DNA from: Takakia lepidozioides
Lineage: Eukaryota; Plantae; Bryophyta
DNA: 64,000 nucleotides
Assembly (NCBI GenBank): GCA_030704615.1
Contig: CM060733.1
Span: 53,320,001 to 53,384,000 of the forward strand
Direction: 5' to 3'
The first letter of the stretch is position 1; every line of letters begins with the position of its first letter. The translations under genes and the position numbers were made by a program. The notes beneath the pieces were generated by a model. That model made no database searches. It was not told where the DNA came from and worked only from the letters and a program-made list of their open reading frames with translations. Below, one piece after another: positions 1 through 12,940 of the stretch.

Positions 1-503
1 ACATGCACCCAACACTTTCAGCTTGGTTCATCTCCTCAATTCTTAATGAACCCTTGGTCTTCTCTCCCTTGAAGTTCTTACAACATAAATACCAATCTCT
101 GCATGGCTTCTAGGTGTGCGGTTTCATTTCTGATGGTCATGCCCCCGAAAGAGTTGAATGGGCAGTTTCCCAGACAGTCTCTCCTGTAAGATTTTCCAGT
201 ATGTGCCACCCAAGATCATCTCCATTTCAACTACCCTGCAGCACTTTCCTCTCCCATCATCATTTGGGGCTCTTAACATATGGGTTCCCCTTGTAGTTCG
301 ACTTCATCCCATAGATAGGACCTTCTCTTTAACACTGTAAGTTATACTTTCGTCTTTTCCCATACACATAGATGCCAGACAGGGAACGTCCTTAGTTCAT
401 GTGATCATGTTTGCACGACTCTTGTGAAAGACTTAAGTCCCCTATCCATCCATTCTCCTTGCTATCATGCGTCTGATGGCTTAATTTTGTAATACATTTC
501 CAG

Positions 504-2759
504 AAAATGGAGCAAACATCAATTTGCTTTGGCAAATCAGCGAACCATGGGTGGGGACTTTTTGCTCACCGTGACATTCAAGAAGGGGAGATGGTACGCA
601 ATCCCCTTAATCTGCTTTGGGACAATTGACTGGTTAGGACCTACTGAAATGGAAGCTCCTGGAGATGCTTCTGAACTATGACAGCATGTCTATAGTAATA
701 TTGGTAGGTAAGGACACATACCGTAGACCTTTTCTTTTTTTTTAAATTAGAAAAAAAAGGAAACCCTGGGAGCAACTGCTCACAATTGAGGGCCTTTCTT
801 GAGGAGGAAAAGCAACCCCCTTTCAATGAACCGTGAAGCTTTCCAGGGGACTGAACCCCAGAGTTGAAGGCCGACAAACCAAACGGGGATTGAACCCTAG
901 ATCCACTGGTCTATGCACAGGATGGATCTGGGAAGATTGTATATATCAAGGTAAACCACACTACTGGAGTGAGTCCCTCACAAAGGTAGTGCATGTTCCC
1001 TATATGTCCGCCCAAACTGGGCGGGGGGTCTTTGGCTAGAAGGCTACGGCAAAAAAGTCTCGTGAGTACATTCTCTCTCCCTCTCTCACTCCCTTTCTCT
1101 CTTTCTTATCAATATATCACGGCCTTTGTCCCTATCAACAGAAAAAATAGAAAAGGTACATGCTGAGCAGGCTATTCGGTCTCCACATGAGAGAGGAGAG
1201 ACAGAGAGAGAGACAGAGAGAGAGAATGTGCTCATAAGACTTAGCTTGCCGTAGCCTAGTTTTCTAGGGATGATATACACAAATTCACAGAGAGTGCCCC
1301 CCCCATAGTAATCAAATTATGGTTGTGTTTCTATAGAACCATAATTTGTGTGGTGTAACTTCCCCTCATGACCTGTTTGCTTATGTGTTATGTCCATTAG
1401 GTTTTGGAGTATAGGGGGGAGAGAGTGCGGCGGAGTGTGGCAAACTTGAGGGAGCAGTGCTACAAGAGGCAGGGCAGGGATTGCTATGTGGGTACCGTCT
1501 CCATTCATGTGTAAAGGGAGGCATGCACGAAGGGTTATCAGCTCAGTGAGGAAGAAGAACAGTTGGTGTGATATTTCATAATTGGACAGTTGCCTGGCTT
1601 GCCCCAAGTGGCGCATAATGAAATGTTTCCTCTGTGGGGAAATCTGAAGCTGACTTGGCTTGTGTAAGCACATGCTGTTAGTTTTGAGAAGATACATATG
1701 CAAGAAACAGAAAGAACCACACATTTTTTATCATACTATACGATGTGCTACTCTGACCAATATTTTTTTTCTTTCCTTGTGGTTGCAGCTCTTCCAAATC
1801 AACAATGACATGGTGATTGATGCCACAGAGAAGGGAAACATTGGACGCCACATCAAACATTCGGTACCTGACATTGTTCTTCATGTACCCCTGTGAACCA
1901 ACCATTTTGTACCTTGTGGATATTCTGTTTGTCTGCGACCCAGTACGCATGTCGAAGCCACAGCTGCACGTGACCATTGGGTTTTACATGCTTTTTGTGG
2001 ATGTGTTCATTCGTGTTTGAGGCACTTGGTGGCCATAGACCCGGCTATCTGTGTTTTCGACACAATAAAAATGTGAGGGAGAGAGCGAGGGAGCATAGGT
2101 GAAGAGCAGAATAGGGGTCACTGCCATCGTGGAAGGGTGACTACAACTGTATTTCGGAGTGAGTTGATAGTGGTTTTCCATATTTACTATAGCAATAACT
2201 TCATTAGTGTATTCTTCCCAGTATTCAGACCCAAGGAGGGGCAATTCAAGCCCCTCAATTTTGTCTGTACAATATCTCAGCTTGGTAATGAGTGTGAGAG
2301 GCAGACAGAGAAAGCCTCAGGTACACAATCGAAGACAATTGTGCTATCTTGTGCCAGAGTAATGTAGGACTAATAAAGTGGTGTGGGCACTGCAGTCTGA
2401 GCCAAATTGCTTTGTCCAAATTTTGAACTTCAAGAAAGAGGGGCAAAATGGAGAGGAAGACAGCCACATTGTCTTTATTGCTCTTAAGAACGTGACAGTT
2501 GGGGAAGAATTGACGTGAGTGGATTCATCTTTCCCTGGGTAGATGTTGGACATCATACATCATCGAGATTCATTTGATGTATGTGAATTTTCTTTATTTT
2601 GCAACGCAAAGATTTTGGGGTCCTTGGAGGTGAAGTCTGATAGTGAACTCAATTTTGACTCTGGTTAATATTGTGTTAACGTGACAGATTTGATGAGGAG
2701 GATTCGCAGAAACGGAAATGGCTATTTCGGGCATCTAGGTGACGGCATCTTAAACTGAG
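504..2759 (+). pseudogene. Trithorax ATX3/4/5 (SDG14/16/29)-like H3K4 methyltransferase, C-terminal SET/post-SET exons, degenerate
   Basis: GT-AG exons: 504-593 (KMEQTSICFGKSANHGWGLFAHRDIQEGEM), 1401-1487 (VLEYRGERVRRSVANLREQCYKRQGRDCY), 1789-1863 (LFQINNDMVIDATEKGNIGRHIKHS), 2396-2514 (SEPNCFVQ...HIVFIALKNVTVGEELT), 2688-~2759 (FDEEDSQKRKWLFRASR*). The exons splice in frame and match the ATX3-5 SET layout. NHSC has become KHSS, YDY is missing, and the post-SET cysteines are replaced by W, F and a stop. The 5' part of the gene lies outside the window or has decayed. Confidence 0.85.
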
Positions 2760-3970
2760 CTTGGACTCCATCTCAGGGCCCACAAATTACATGTGGGCAA
2801 GCACGACCGCCACACAGAATCAGAGGTCCTTCTGCAAATTTTTTCACACGCTAGAAATAAACTCTTGAAAGAAGTATCCATTCATTCCCTCCTTACACAT
2901 GCATATTTTCAATGTACATGTAGAAATTAATATGCACAGTGCACCTTCATGCCTGTATACTTGGGAATCCCAACCTAGTAGGTAAGGATCAGCACACTAG
3001 CATTATAACCTAGACAAGCTTGCGGTGTCTGTACAGGTACATGTTGTGGCCTCAGATTTCGGCAACCCTACTTTAGCTAGTGATGACCCACAAATCCCTG
3101 TATATTTAAAGCCATAAGATATTGCATCCGATTGGATTTGGGTTGCCATACGAGAGAAGAGGTTTCTTTCCCAAGCTAGGATCCTGAATTTATGGTGAAA
3201 AACAAAGAACCCAGTAAATGTTCATTGTGACAAGTGGTTGTGACTTGATTCTGAGTCTCATGGTAAGGTCTCATTTTCTCTGGTGATTAAGAAGAACAAA
3301 CAAGAATTGCTTTGATTCTACATCGGTGCAATTTGATGTATAATTTTCCTTGGACAGTGTCCTTTGAGCCTTGACGCGAATGGCTCCTATTGTGAATAAT
3401 GGAATCAACTTTCATCCATAATAAAGCTGAAAATTCATCCATTTATTTCTCATAATATGTTGCTCAATAATAGAGATGTTACCGTCCATCATACATTATG
3501 GAAGGCACATCATACATCAAAAGCGAGGAGGTGACACCTGGGGAAGACACAAGATTTTGACACCTATGCATAGTCTCCTCTTTAGATTAAAAATGAGCCA
3601 ATAAAATAAAAATCCCAAGTTAGTTTGAAAAATAAGATGGACAATAGGCAAGTTGATCTATATAAGTTGGTCCAAATAAAATGTGGCGAGTGCATGTGTG
3701 GTGAATGTACACGGGGCTCACATGATGAATGAGTGTGCCCGGAATCTCCAAACCCTCAAGATTGTAAGGATGGGAAGATGGTACTCCTGTAGAGACTTTC
3801 GCATGTAGAGACTTGGGCTATCACAAAAAAAAAAAAACTGAGAGAACCTTAGTGTCAAGAGAGGGTGACAATACATATGTTTACAAGGACGAGGGGCTAA
3901 TTCGTCTTATTCTATACACCTTATACTACAACGGGCTCTTCATACCTATGTTTCTATTATACGATGTATA

Positions 3971-4460
3971 CCAGGGTAGCTCGTGCCGTTGGCCCATGTG
4001 TGAGGAATTGAAATTTAAGACCAAGTGCAATTTCCTATGTATCCAAGTGTGTCTCCCAAGTAGAGGCCCATGTGTCATTCCAACACTTCATTTTTTAATT
4101 TAGTTGAATTTTCAGCGACCAAAATTGTTCATTTTTCTATAATTCTTTGCCCGTAGGTCCAAATTTTGTGAAACCAAGTCAGTGCACCCCTACTCATCAA
4201 GGGCTTCCCAAGGGTACCAAAATCGTGGCCTCTATCTAAGCCCAAGTGCAACATCTAGTGTGCTTTCAACACTTGATTTTGTAATTTAGTTGAATTTTTC
4301 AGTGACCAAAATTGTATATAATTCCATAAGTCTCGGCCCGTAGGTCCAAATTTTGTGAAACTAAGTCGATGCACCCCTACTCATCGAGAGCTTTCCAATG
4401 GTACTAAAATCGTGGCCAGAGGCCCCGCGGTTTGGGAGATCTCAACGACACTACAAACAA
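3971..4460 (-). mobile_element. Non-autonomous Helitron family copy (partial)
   Basis: Shares blocks (ccaagtcggtgcacccct...agggctttcca..ggtaccaa; ccaagtgcaat.tcctatgtatcc) with 6250-7668 and 13399-14086. The minus-strand 3' end reads tgggccaacggcacgagctaccCTGG|T (hairpin plus CTRR). Confidence 0.65.
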
Positions 4461-4679
4461 TATTGTGAACGCCAATGTTTAAAAAAAACCCAATTTACAT
4501 TTACGTCTACATGCACAAAAGATAAATGAAGGGCCAATCAATGTTCTAGGGAAGCCCACATCCAAGTGCGTCTCCAACGAGGCTTCGTATAGAAGACGAA
4601 GAAGACTCCAGCCAAAGCCAGCGTAACTAAAAGCCACTTTGTCTTGCGGGTACTGCCCACTTTCAAGGGTGATCTAAAC

Positions 4680-5205
4680 CAGTGTTGGGTGGTTACCCGC
4701 CGTGACCCAGGTTAACCGCCGGTTCAGGTTCAGGTTCACCGGAACCGGGCCCATTCCCGCATAACCTGACCCAGAAGCAGAACCTGCCAATGGGGATCGG
4801 CACATAACCGAACCGGCGGTTCGTGATGGGTCCCATTTTCTTCTACCAGTTTATTTAGAGTATTTTTGTTTGTTTGTTTTTGTGTTAGTGAAAACTAATA
4901 AAATCGTTGGATTTTAGTTCAAATATGTGAATACATTGCTATTTAATCTCCCGGACTGATAAAATATTTTAAATCTAATTAATTTTTATTTATTTTTATA
5001 TAAAAAACCGGAACCTGGAACCATGGTTTTTATCAGCAACTAACCGGTAACCGGAACCGCCCCCATGTTTAAAAGTTGGATCCGGAACCGGGCCGGAACC
5101 GGCTCAATAAGAAAAAAACTGAACCGGATCCAGAACCGTCTCTTGAAATAATTGTGGAACTGAAACCGAAGGGTCCTTCACAAATGCAAGAACCGCCCAA
5201 CACTG
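4680..5205. mobile_element. Non-autonomous hAT-type element (MITE-like)
   Basis: TIRs CAGTGTTGGGTGGTT / AACCGCCCAACACTG. 8-bp flanks ATCTAAAC (4672-4679) and GTCTAAAC (5206-5213). Subterminal aaccgg/ccggtt motif arrays. Confidence 0.8.
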
Positions 5206-5213
5206 GTCTAAAC

Positions 5214-6217
5214 CAGTGTTGGATTGGTATATGTACTCGTATATGCCCTGGTATTAGATTTAAAGACCAGTCTGGTATCATTTGGGAGAATACTTGGTCA
5301 TATACCAGACCAGGCTGGTTTCAGTTTTTTCATAACCACGGCTTCCTCATTTACTCTGGTATGTGTACTATACTAATTTATGTATAAGGTAGTTACACCC
5401 AAATGTGAGCGCTTAAGCAGATATGCCCGTACAATTGGTGCAGTAAGGGGAAAAATTATATGACTGGATGAGCAATTGAACAAACAGCTTGTGGTTTGAA
5501 TTGCATGAATTTTGGACGAAGTGGCTAATTGATATATATTATCAAAGTGGCAGGGCACAAAAATGCTATGCCTGAGCTATAGAGGGTACCATAACTCACT
5601 GAAATATTATCTAATATGAAGCCTACATGTGACCTGATATGCACGAGATGTGCACTTGAAATGGCCCAATAACTCACCCAACAGCTCGGCCCACAAGAGC
5701 AAAAGGTATCCTATAAAAGGCCTCTATTTGGCAAATACGCTGGTCACAGTATTCAGTGCGTTTTTGTTCATCTAACAAAGCACCATGGGCCCACAATGCC
5801 CATGAAGGGACCTAAATCAGCCCCTTGGCAATAAGGTCGCCATTTAAGGGCAGGCGGGACCACTTTACACCCCAAAAATAGGGGTCCATTTTGAGACCTG
5901 CTCATATTTGGGTGTTTCTACCTTACATATGCCTACATACTTGTATTTATGTATATTTACTTCTTATGTGTATTGTATTCATTTTCACTTGATACTTGCT
6001 ATTTGATAAACTTGTAATTTCAAGATGGCTTTGGAATGATACCAGAATTGATATCTCATACAGCTTGTATTTGTGTGATACTCAAACTCATACCAATATC
6101 TGGAAAAAATATATATATCCACCATTATATAGACCAGACTAGTATGAAAGTATTGTGATACGTCTAGTACCAAGACCAGTCTGGTATGTCCCTAAATCTG
6201 ATACCAGAACAACACTG
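5214..6217. mobile_element. Second non-autonomous hAT-type element abutting the first
   Basis: Termini CAGTGTT...AACACTG. Flanks GTCTAAAC (5206-5213) and GTCCAAAC (6218-6225). Subterminal accagac/ctggtat motifs at both ends. Confidence 0.7.
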
Positions 6218-6249
6218 GTCCAAACTGGCTTCATTTATTGATATATCCA

Positions 6250-7668
6250 ATCATTGTCCGTGGAAAGCCCACTTTGCTATTTTCCACGAATTTCTAACGA
6301 CCAAAAGTACTTGAAATTCCACATCTCACTTCCAAAAATCATGAGACCAAGTCGGTGCACCCCTCTTCATCGAGGGCTTTCCAACGGTACCAAGCACCGG
6401 GGCTGGCGCCCCGTGGTTTGGGAGATCTCAACGCTACAAAACAAAATAAAACAAACAAACTACCTTGCTTCATATATTGACTAGGGTAGCCTGTGCCGTT
6501 GGCCCAAGTGTCTAACTCATCTAAGTCCAAGTGCAATCCCCTATATATCCAAGTGTGTCTCCTATGTCGAGGCCCAAATGCGACCTCGAGGGTAGCCTGT
6601 CTTTGGCCCATGTGTGAAGAATTGAAATCTAAGACCAAGTGCAATTTCTTTTGTATCCCAGTGCATCTCCTATGTCGAGGCCTAAGTGCGACCTCTAGTG
6701 TAGCCTATGCCGTTGGCCCATGTGTGAAAAATTGAAATCTAAGCCCAAGTGCAATCTTCTATTCATGTATCCAAGTGCATCTCCCATATAGAGGCCCAAT
6801 TGTCCAATGTCATCTAAGCCCAAGTCCAATCTCCTATGTATCCAAGGGCGTCTCCCATATGCGTCTCATATGTCGAGGCCCATCTAAGCCTAGTGTGCAA
6901 TCTCCTATGTCATATAAGTCCAAATGCATTTTTTTTTTACACCAGATTTGAACCAGAGACCTTTCCCTTGATATCTCTCATGTCGAGGCTCCAACCATTG
7001 TCCCAGGAATGCCCACTTTGCTATTTTTCGAGAATTTCCAGCGACCCAAAGTACTTGAAATTCCACATCTCTCACACTGCAGGTCCAAAAATCATGAGAC
7101 CAAGCCCGTGCACCTCTCCTCGTCGAGGGCTTTCCAATGGTACCAAGCACCAGGGTTGGGGCCTCGCAGTTTGGGACATCTCAACGTGACAAAACAAAAC
7201 AAACAAACTGGCTTCCTTCATATATTGACTAGGGTATCCTGTGTCGTTGCCCCAAGTGTCTAGTGTCATCTAAGACCAAGTGCAATCTCCTATGTATCCA
7301 GAGACCCTGCAGTTTGGGAGAGATCTAGGCCGGTAGCATAATATTTTTTTTTCCATAGAGCCTACGACCATATTTGAACCGCAGATCTTTCCCTTGATAT
7401 CTCTCCTCTCCAGGCTCCAACCATTGTCCCAGGAATTCCCACTTTGCTATTTTTCGGGAATTTCCAGCGACCCAAAGTACTTGGAATTCCACATCTCCCA
7501 CACCGCAGGTCCAAAATCATGAGACCAAGCCCGTGCACCCTCCTCGTCGAGGGCTTTCCAATGGTACCAAGCCCAGGGCTGGGGCCTCGTAGTTGGGGAC
7601 ATCTCACATCTGCAAACCAACAAACAAAACAAAACAAAACAAAACAAACGTCTCACTTCATATATTGA
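6250..7668 (-). mobile_element. Head-to-tail tandem of non-autonomous Helitrons (units 7229-7668, 6481-7228 and a truncated ~6250-6480)
   Basis: On the minus strand each unit starts TCAATATATGAAG, and the two complete units end in the hairpin tgggc(c)aacg(g/a)caca followed by ...ccCTAG. CTAG|TC junctions at 6480/6481 and 7228/7229. The outer 5' TC is preceded by A. No TSD. Confidence 0.75.
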
Positions 7669-7899
7669 TGACGCCTCTTGAAGGAAATGTAATTTATGAT
7701 TTCTCTTGACCCCAAAAGACTTCTACCTTCCAGCACGAAAGTGGACACATTTGTGACACCAATCAATGGATAGGACCCACAACCACTTCCAAGGTGATAT
7801 GTGCCAATTACCACAACTACAATTTGGTTGTCCATTATGTGATACATTGGTTCATGTCTATGCACCACTGCCGAATCTCCTGTTTCACAAATGTGTTAC

Positions 7900-8045
7900 G
7901 GTTGGGGAAAGTCCGTTTGATCTCATTCCAAACCAGGAAGTGATCAGAGGTATCTAAATCAGGTCTGTCAAACAACACATTGGTACACTGTGGAAATAAA
8001 TTCTTGTCCACTATGATATAATCGAGAATAAATCGTTCCCTGGTG
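7900..8045 (-). mobile_element. LINE (non-LTR) APE endonuclease C-terminal fragment
   Basis: The minus frame reads RFILDYIIVDKNLF...DLDTSDHFLVW, matching the (I/L)DY...SDH catalytic motifs of retroelement endonucleases. Isolated fragment. Confidence 0.55.
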
Positions 8046-10629
8046 CTAAGTGAAAGTGGGTTGCAACAATGGGCAGTCGATGGCCTCTCTTGCCCAAGCC
8101 AAAGGACGTAAGGGGACATGTACACATGCGAACTGCAAGACCATCTTCAACATGAATTTTAAGTGGTCCAACCACTAGGTATTCCAAGTTATTTATATTG
8201 TCTTTATTCTTCATGTTTCCTGATTTAATTATGCCCTATGATTGTTGGGGGAATGCAGAAGAAGAAGGCCTGCAAGCCCTTCTCTTTGCGGACTTGGGCA
8301 AGCGCCACCGCAGCATGATGTCAGGACCGCTTCAGAAGGAAAAAATATGAGCCGGGTAATATGCACCATCCTTGATGTCCCATGTGTAGGTTAAAACTAG
8401 CTTGGTTTCCAAAATTGCGTTTCTCATTTTTTATTGCTTGGAGGAAGGTGGACCTTCTTGTGGGCAGTGCATATGCAGGAGGTCCTTGTGTGTAGACATG
8501 ACCTATTCTCATGTATGTGTGTGTGTGTCAAGGGAGCTGCAAAGTCCATGGCATCCCACTTGTCTGGCGCCATGGAGAACAAATTGGCAAAGACAGCCGA
8601 AATGGAGAAGTTTGTTATGACGAAAATTCCAAGAATGGAGCAACAATTGACCGAAGTCTTGAAACTACTGTAGGCTTAGATAGGGGCTACAAAAGGTCAT
8701 AGGATGATGGAGCCGCCTGCCGACGCCACGCAAGGTAGCACCGAGGTAATACCACCTCATCTTACAATATTGACTTCTTATTTCCTCAACAATAACAATA
8801 CCGACAAGTCCATGCCCCTCCCTCACAATCCATATAATTGAATAATTTGCATTCTTCCATGACCATTTGCTAATTCATCTTGAGGGTGGGTTCCCATAAG
8901 TATGACCTATCTACAAAGTGATTAATTGTCTACTTTCACTCTTGCATTTGTTAATTATAACATGACGATCGGCACGAAGATATGTTGTGATGGAGGTATG
9001 TAATAGTTTTAGGTCTTATTTCAAAACATTAATATTGTGGCTATGGACCTGATCCTGACACGTGTAATAATAGTAGTCCATGGTCGAGTAGTGTGCCGAA
9101 CTGAAGTGTCCTCTTGCAATTCCTTCGTGTAGCTCTTGCATCACTGTTTTGGCTTGTTTTTTGTTCACACATCTTCTCATTGCTTTTCATTGGTGATAGA
9201 CTACTAATTGTAGTTCTCTCCACGGCCCAGAGAAATCATGAGCTTGGAGTGGTTGCTTTGTTTGCTTGCGGCAATTGTTCTTTGCTTGTTGTTCTTCTAT
9301 TGTTTTCTCTAGAGCTTCCCCCTAGGCGGACAAGTACTGGGTGCTACCCTATCACTCTGATGTGAGCCTTCATGGCCTCCTTCATGGTTATTTTTTCCAT
9401 GGTTTCGTAATATGACTTCAAGGGCTTCCTCTCCTTTCCGTTTTAAGAAAAATAAAATACTAAAATACTAAAAAAGTGATTTATATATGTATTTGTTGGC
9501 TCTTCCCTTAAGAGGAGACCACGCATCAGTGCCAAAATGGGAGAAGATCCTGATGCACTTTCACCAGTAAACACCCAAACATAACATATAAACCTTCACT
9601 AGTTAGCATTGCTCTTGATATGAATGAGCATCAAATATTAATTTGTATTGTTATTAAAATTTTGAATTTTGAAAAATTGTAAGAATAAGAGCAAGGTTTA
9701 ATTTCCTTCATATCTATATATAACGTCAGTGGGCATTCTGATTTTCTATAGCTCAAAGAAAAAATTAAAAGAAAGTTGCAGAGTTTTTTTTTTTTGCAGG
9801 GAAAACGTGTGTTGTACGGGGATGCAGAATGGCAGCATCTCCATGCACAAACCCTATTGAAGGCATAGAATGCTCACTAGCACTCCACCATGAAGAAACT
9901 TATCAACCTGTTGATATTTCAGGCACTAAGGTGTAATGTGGAGCATGAAGCAACGTTGACGATGAATTTTAAAGATCTTTCACAATGTTTGGATAGCCGC
10001 AATCACAAGGTTAATTGGTTTTCTCAATATATGACAAAGAGAAGTTTTTCTGTCCTGTAAATGTGGACTCTTTCTCCGCCCTTTACTGTTTCTGTTATTG
10101 TTGTTCCCCGCCTCCAAAGCGACCACCTGGAAATCAAAAATTGCACTTTTTTCTTGGCGCCATGTTTATAGTTAGGTTCTGTAGGGACGGTAGAAAAATT
10201 GAAAAGTGCATCCTGAAACTTTGCATTTCAGGTCCAAACTTTGTTGAGCCAACTTGCATTTTCGGGAGGTCCTTCGAAAATTTGGTGGCCATTCCATAGT
10301 AGTGTGTACTGAAGATTGTTCTTAAACCTGTCAACTGCGATACAAAACTTATTAAACCTGTGCGTCTTACCTCACAGCCCAATTATCCTCCTATCTCCCT
10401 ATCTTCCTCAGGGTGATGAGAGCCGAGAGTTCACAAAATGGGATGACCATCAAAAGTTCACCCCTACCTGCATATGTGTTAGAGTCAAGATTGTTATGTC
10501 CTTACATGCTTATCTTTATCCTAAGTAGGGACATGTTGATGTCAGGTGGTGGCGAGGTTGCCCTGATATTGTGCTATGTAGACTTAGACCACAACTTGGA
10601 AAGCTTTTTCTGCTCTGTTACAAAACCAT

Positions 10630-12386
10630 GTGTTTATAATTATCTGCTCCTTGAAAATATAAGATTATTGCACGTTTGGCCACAAAAGGAGGTTAGGTTT
10701 TCTTATGGACCTCTTACTACTATGTGTAGGGGGTTTGTGACGTCTAAATGCTCCCACTAGGAAAGTTGTGATGGAAACATTGTGAGTCAATCTACGACTT
10801 CGGTAGAATATAGTTACAGATGAATTTAGGCTTGTACAAGGTCACAAACTACATACTATTGCAATTACAAGGCACTGCAACATATTGTTACATGTTCTTG
10901 CAGTTATCTTGCAACATTTTTTCATCGTTTTTTTTTTGGGCGAATTTTCGTCAAATGGCGACCTCAAAAATAGAAAAGAATTTTCCGTAGCAAATTCCAT
11001 GTTTTTTCATGGATGAAATCGCCAAATTTCTCCCAAAAAAATTAAAAATTATGGATGAATTTGCCAAATATGGATGAGAAGAATGGATGAAAGTATGGAT
11101 GTGGATGATTCTGTCCTAATTTGAATGGATGAACAAAATATATGCCTAATTTTTGCAAAACTCTGTAGCCGCTCGTGTTATTTTCCGATTTTTTTTTTAA
11201 AAACTCTGATGGTTAGGGCATAATACCATTTCATTAGTAGTTATGGGTCCAAAACAATGTTGGGAGGTTCTTTGATTCAGCTACAAACCCCCGGAGGTTA
11301 GATCAAGAAGGTTACATGGATACATAATCCCGGTTCTAAAAAAAGCAAAGAACCGGCAAAGGCTCAAACCGCCGGTGACGTAGTTTTGAGATAACCAGCC
11401 TGAAAATCGTCAAAGATCCGCCAAAGACCCGCTGGTTATTTGATGAAAACCGCCGGTTCTTTTAGGTTCTTGCAATTAACCGAACCGATGGTTCTTTCCA
11501 TAAAAAATATCTGAAAAAACCGAGGAGGTTCTTTTGATCCTAAGATTTGGTGAAAACCAGAACCGGAGGTTATGAAAGAAATCAAATAACCGCCCAACAC
11601 TGGTCCAAAACCCTACAAATGTGTTGGATGTCAAACAAGCATCAATATGTGGCCTAAAGGTTACAAGACCTCCTTACAACTTATGAGTTAAGACGGAGAT
11701 GGGTCGTACATCAATTTGCGACCCTTAAGGAGTTGCAAAATAGCCATCATCCAAGCTGATTGCATCGCTTACAGTAGTTTGCGACCCCAAGAAATCAAGA
11801 TCAGAACCCATGCCAACGCAATACTACTATAAATACATGCTACAACTGTTAGACATTGCAACAAAATTGTCTAAGATTAAAGAAGTCTATTGCGACTATT
11901 AATTTCCGTTGCAAAAAGGTTAACACTTAACACCAAAAAGTTAACATTATAATTTTAATTAAGTTAATGGTATTTGTTGAACACATGTCCATTTGTCAAT
12001 CTTATCAGTTGAGACGGCTCTCCTTACCAATCACAGCTATATATATATATATATATATTCGTGGATAGCAACAAAAAATGTTGTAGAGTGTTTTGTGACA
12101 TTATGGGGTTGCAGTTGAATCAACGTAGATTGGGACATATTTCATCATCATAATTCAATTTTTTTGCAACCCCGAAAGTCACAGATTTGCTTGAGGGTTC
12201 GCAAATTTGCGACGGCCTAAGTGCGACGGAAAAGACGTCGCAGACTGGATCTTATGGGGGGGGGGGGGGGGGGCAAACCCCTCTTAAATGGAATAGATTA
12301 TGTTTTCCACCCATGCTACACTTTTGCTCAAGGAGAGCCTAGACAACAAGATAGAACGACGAATGCTTTCATCTACAATTGGTTTC
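10630..12386 (+). repeat. Copy 1 of a dispersed ~1-kb repeat (paralog of ~16510-17826), interrupted by insertions
   Basis: Colinear similarity, e.g. ttattgcacgtttggccacaaaaggaggttaggttttc, aaatgctcccactaggaaagttgtga, gggtcgtacatcaattt, gtccatttgtcaatcttatcagttgagacg, ccctcttaaatggaatagatt and tctacaattggttt. Confidence 0.85.
11255..11602. mobile_element. hAT-type MITE with perfect 8-bp TSD
   Basis: TIR CAATGTTGGGAGGTT / AACCGCCCAACACTG. TSD GTCCAAAA at 11247-11254 and 11603-11610. The paralogous empty site (ggATCCAAAAcc) is at ~16889. Confidence 0.9.
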
Positions 12387-12778
12387 GTATATTTTGGGAG
12401 TAGCACAACTGAAGCCCTAAACTTGTACCGGGCTTGTCAAAGTGCTCATCCTGGGAATTGGCCATTAAGGGAGAGAAACGTTCTTTTGCAAGCATACAAT
12501 TATATGTTGGTCAGAGCGAATGGTTATGAAATGATATTGTCAAGGGATTGGACTTTTCTCTTGAAGCGAGAAGACCCATATTTGTATATCAGTGAGGGGA
12601 TCTTGTGGACTGGGACAGTCCGACATTGGTTACTGCCCTTGCTTGGCTGATAGAGTCAGCTTTAATGGATGACAAGAGCTCATTCGAACTTGCAATGGGT
12701 TTGGATATGTTTTCTCCCTCAGACCGGGGAGGCGATGACGGAGCATGATCTAGCCAAGACCCAAGTGACCATGATAGT

Positions 12779-12940
12779 GATCCAAGTTATCGACCCCGGA
12801 GCAGAAATAACGATCCAGATTATCAACCTTGGAGGAGATATAACGATCTAGATTATCCACCCCGGAGGAGATATAACGATCTAGATTATCCACCCCGGAG
12901 GAGATATAACGATATAGATTATCTACCCCGGAGGAGATAT
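12779..12940 (+). repeat. 33-bp tandem repeat (~5 copies)
   Basis: Consensus gatctagattatccaccccggaggagatataac; reads in one frame as (DLDYPPRRRYN)n. Confidence 0.95.

Noticed and set aside
830-1140. Possible solo LTR or tRNA-derived SINE in the SET intron (ggggattgaacc B-box-like motif, ends ...TCAACA)
   Set aside because: No matching TG start with TSD, no A box and no cloverleaf could be established.
8270-10600. Exon-like patches (e.g. MASHLSGAMENKLAK..., 9800-10010)
   Set aside because: Stops in frame and no recognisable family; no gene model could be built.
12779-12940. CRISPR-like array
   Set aside because: Contiguous 33-bp units without unique spacers, a eukaryotic context and no cas genes.
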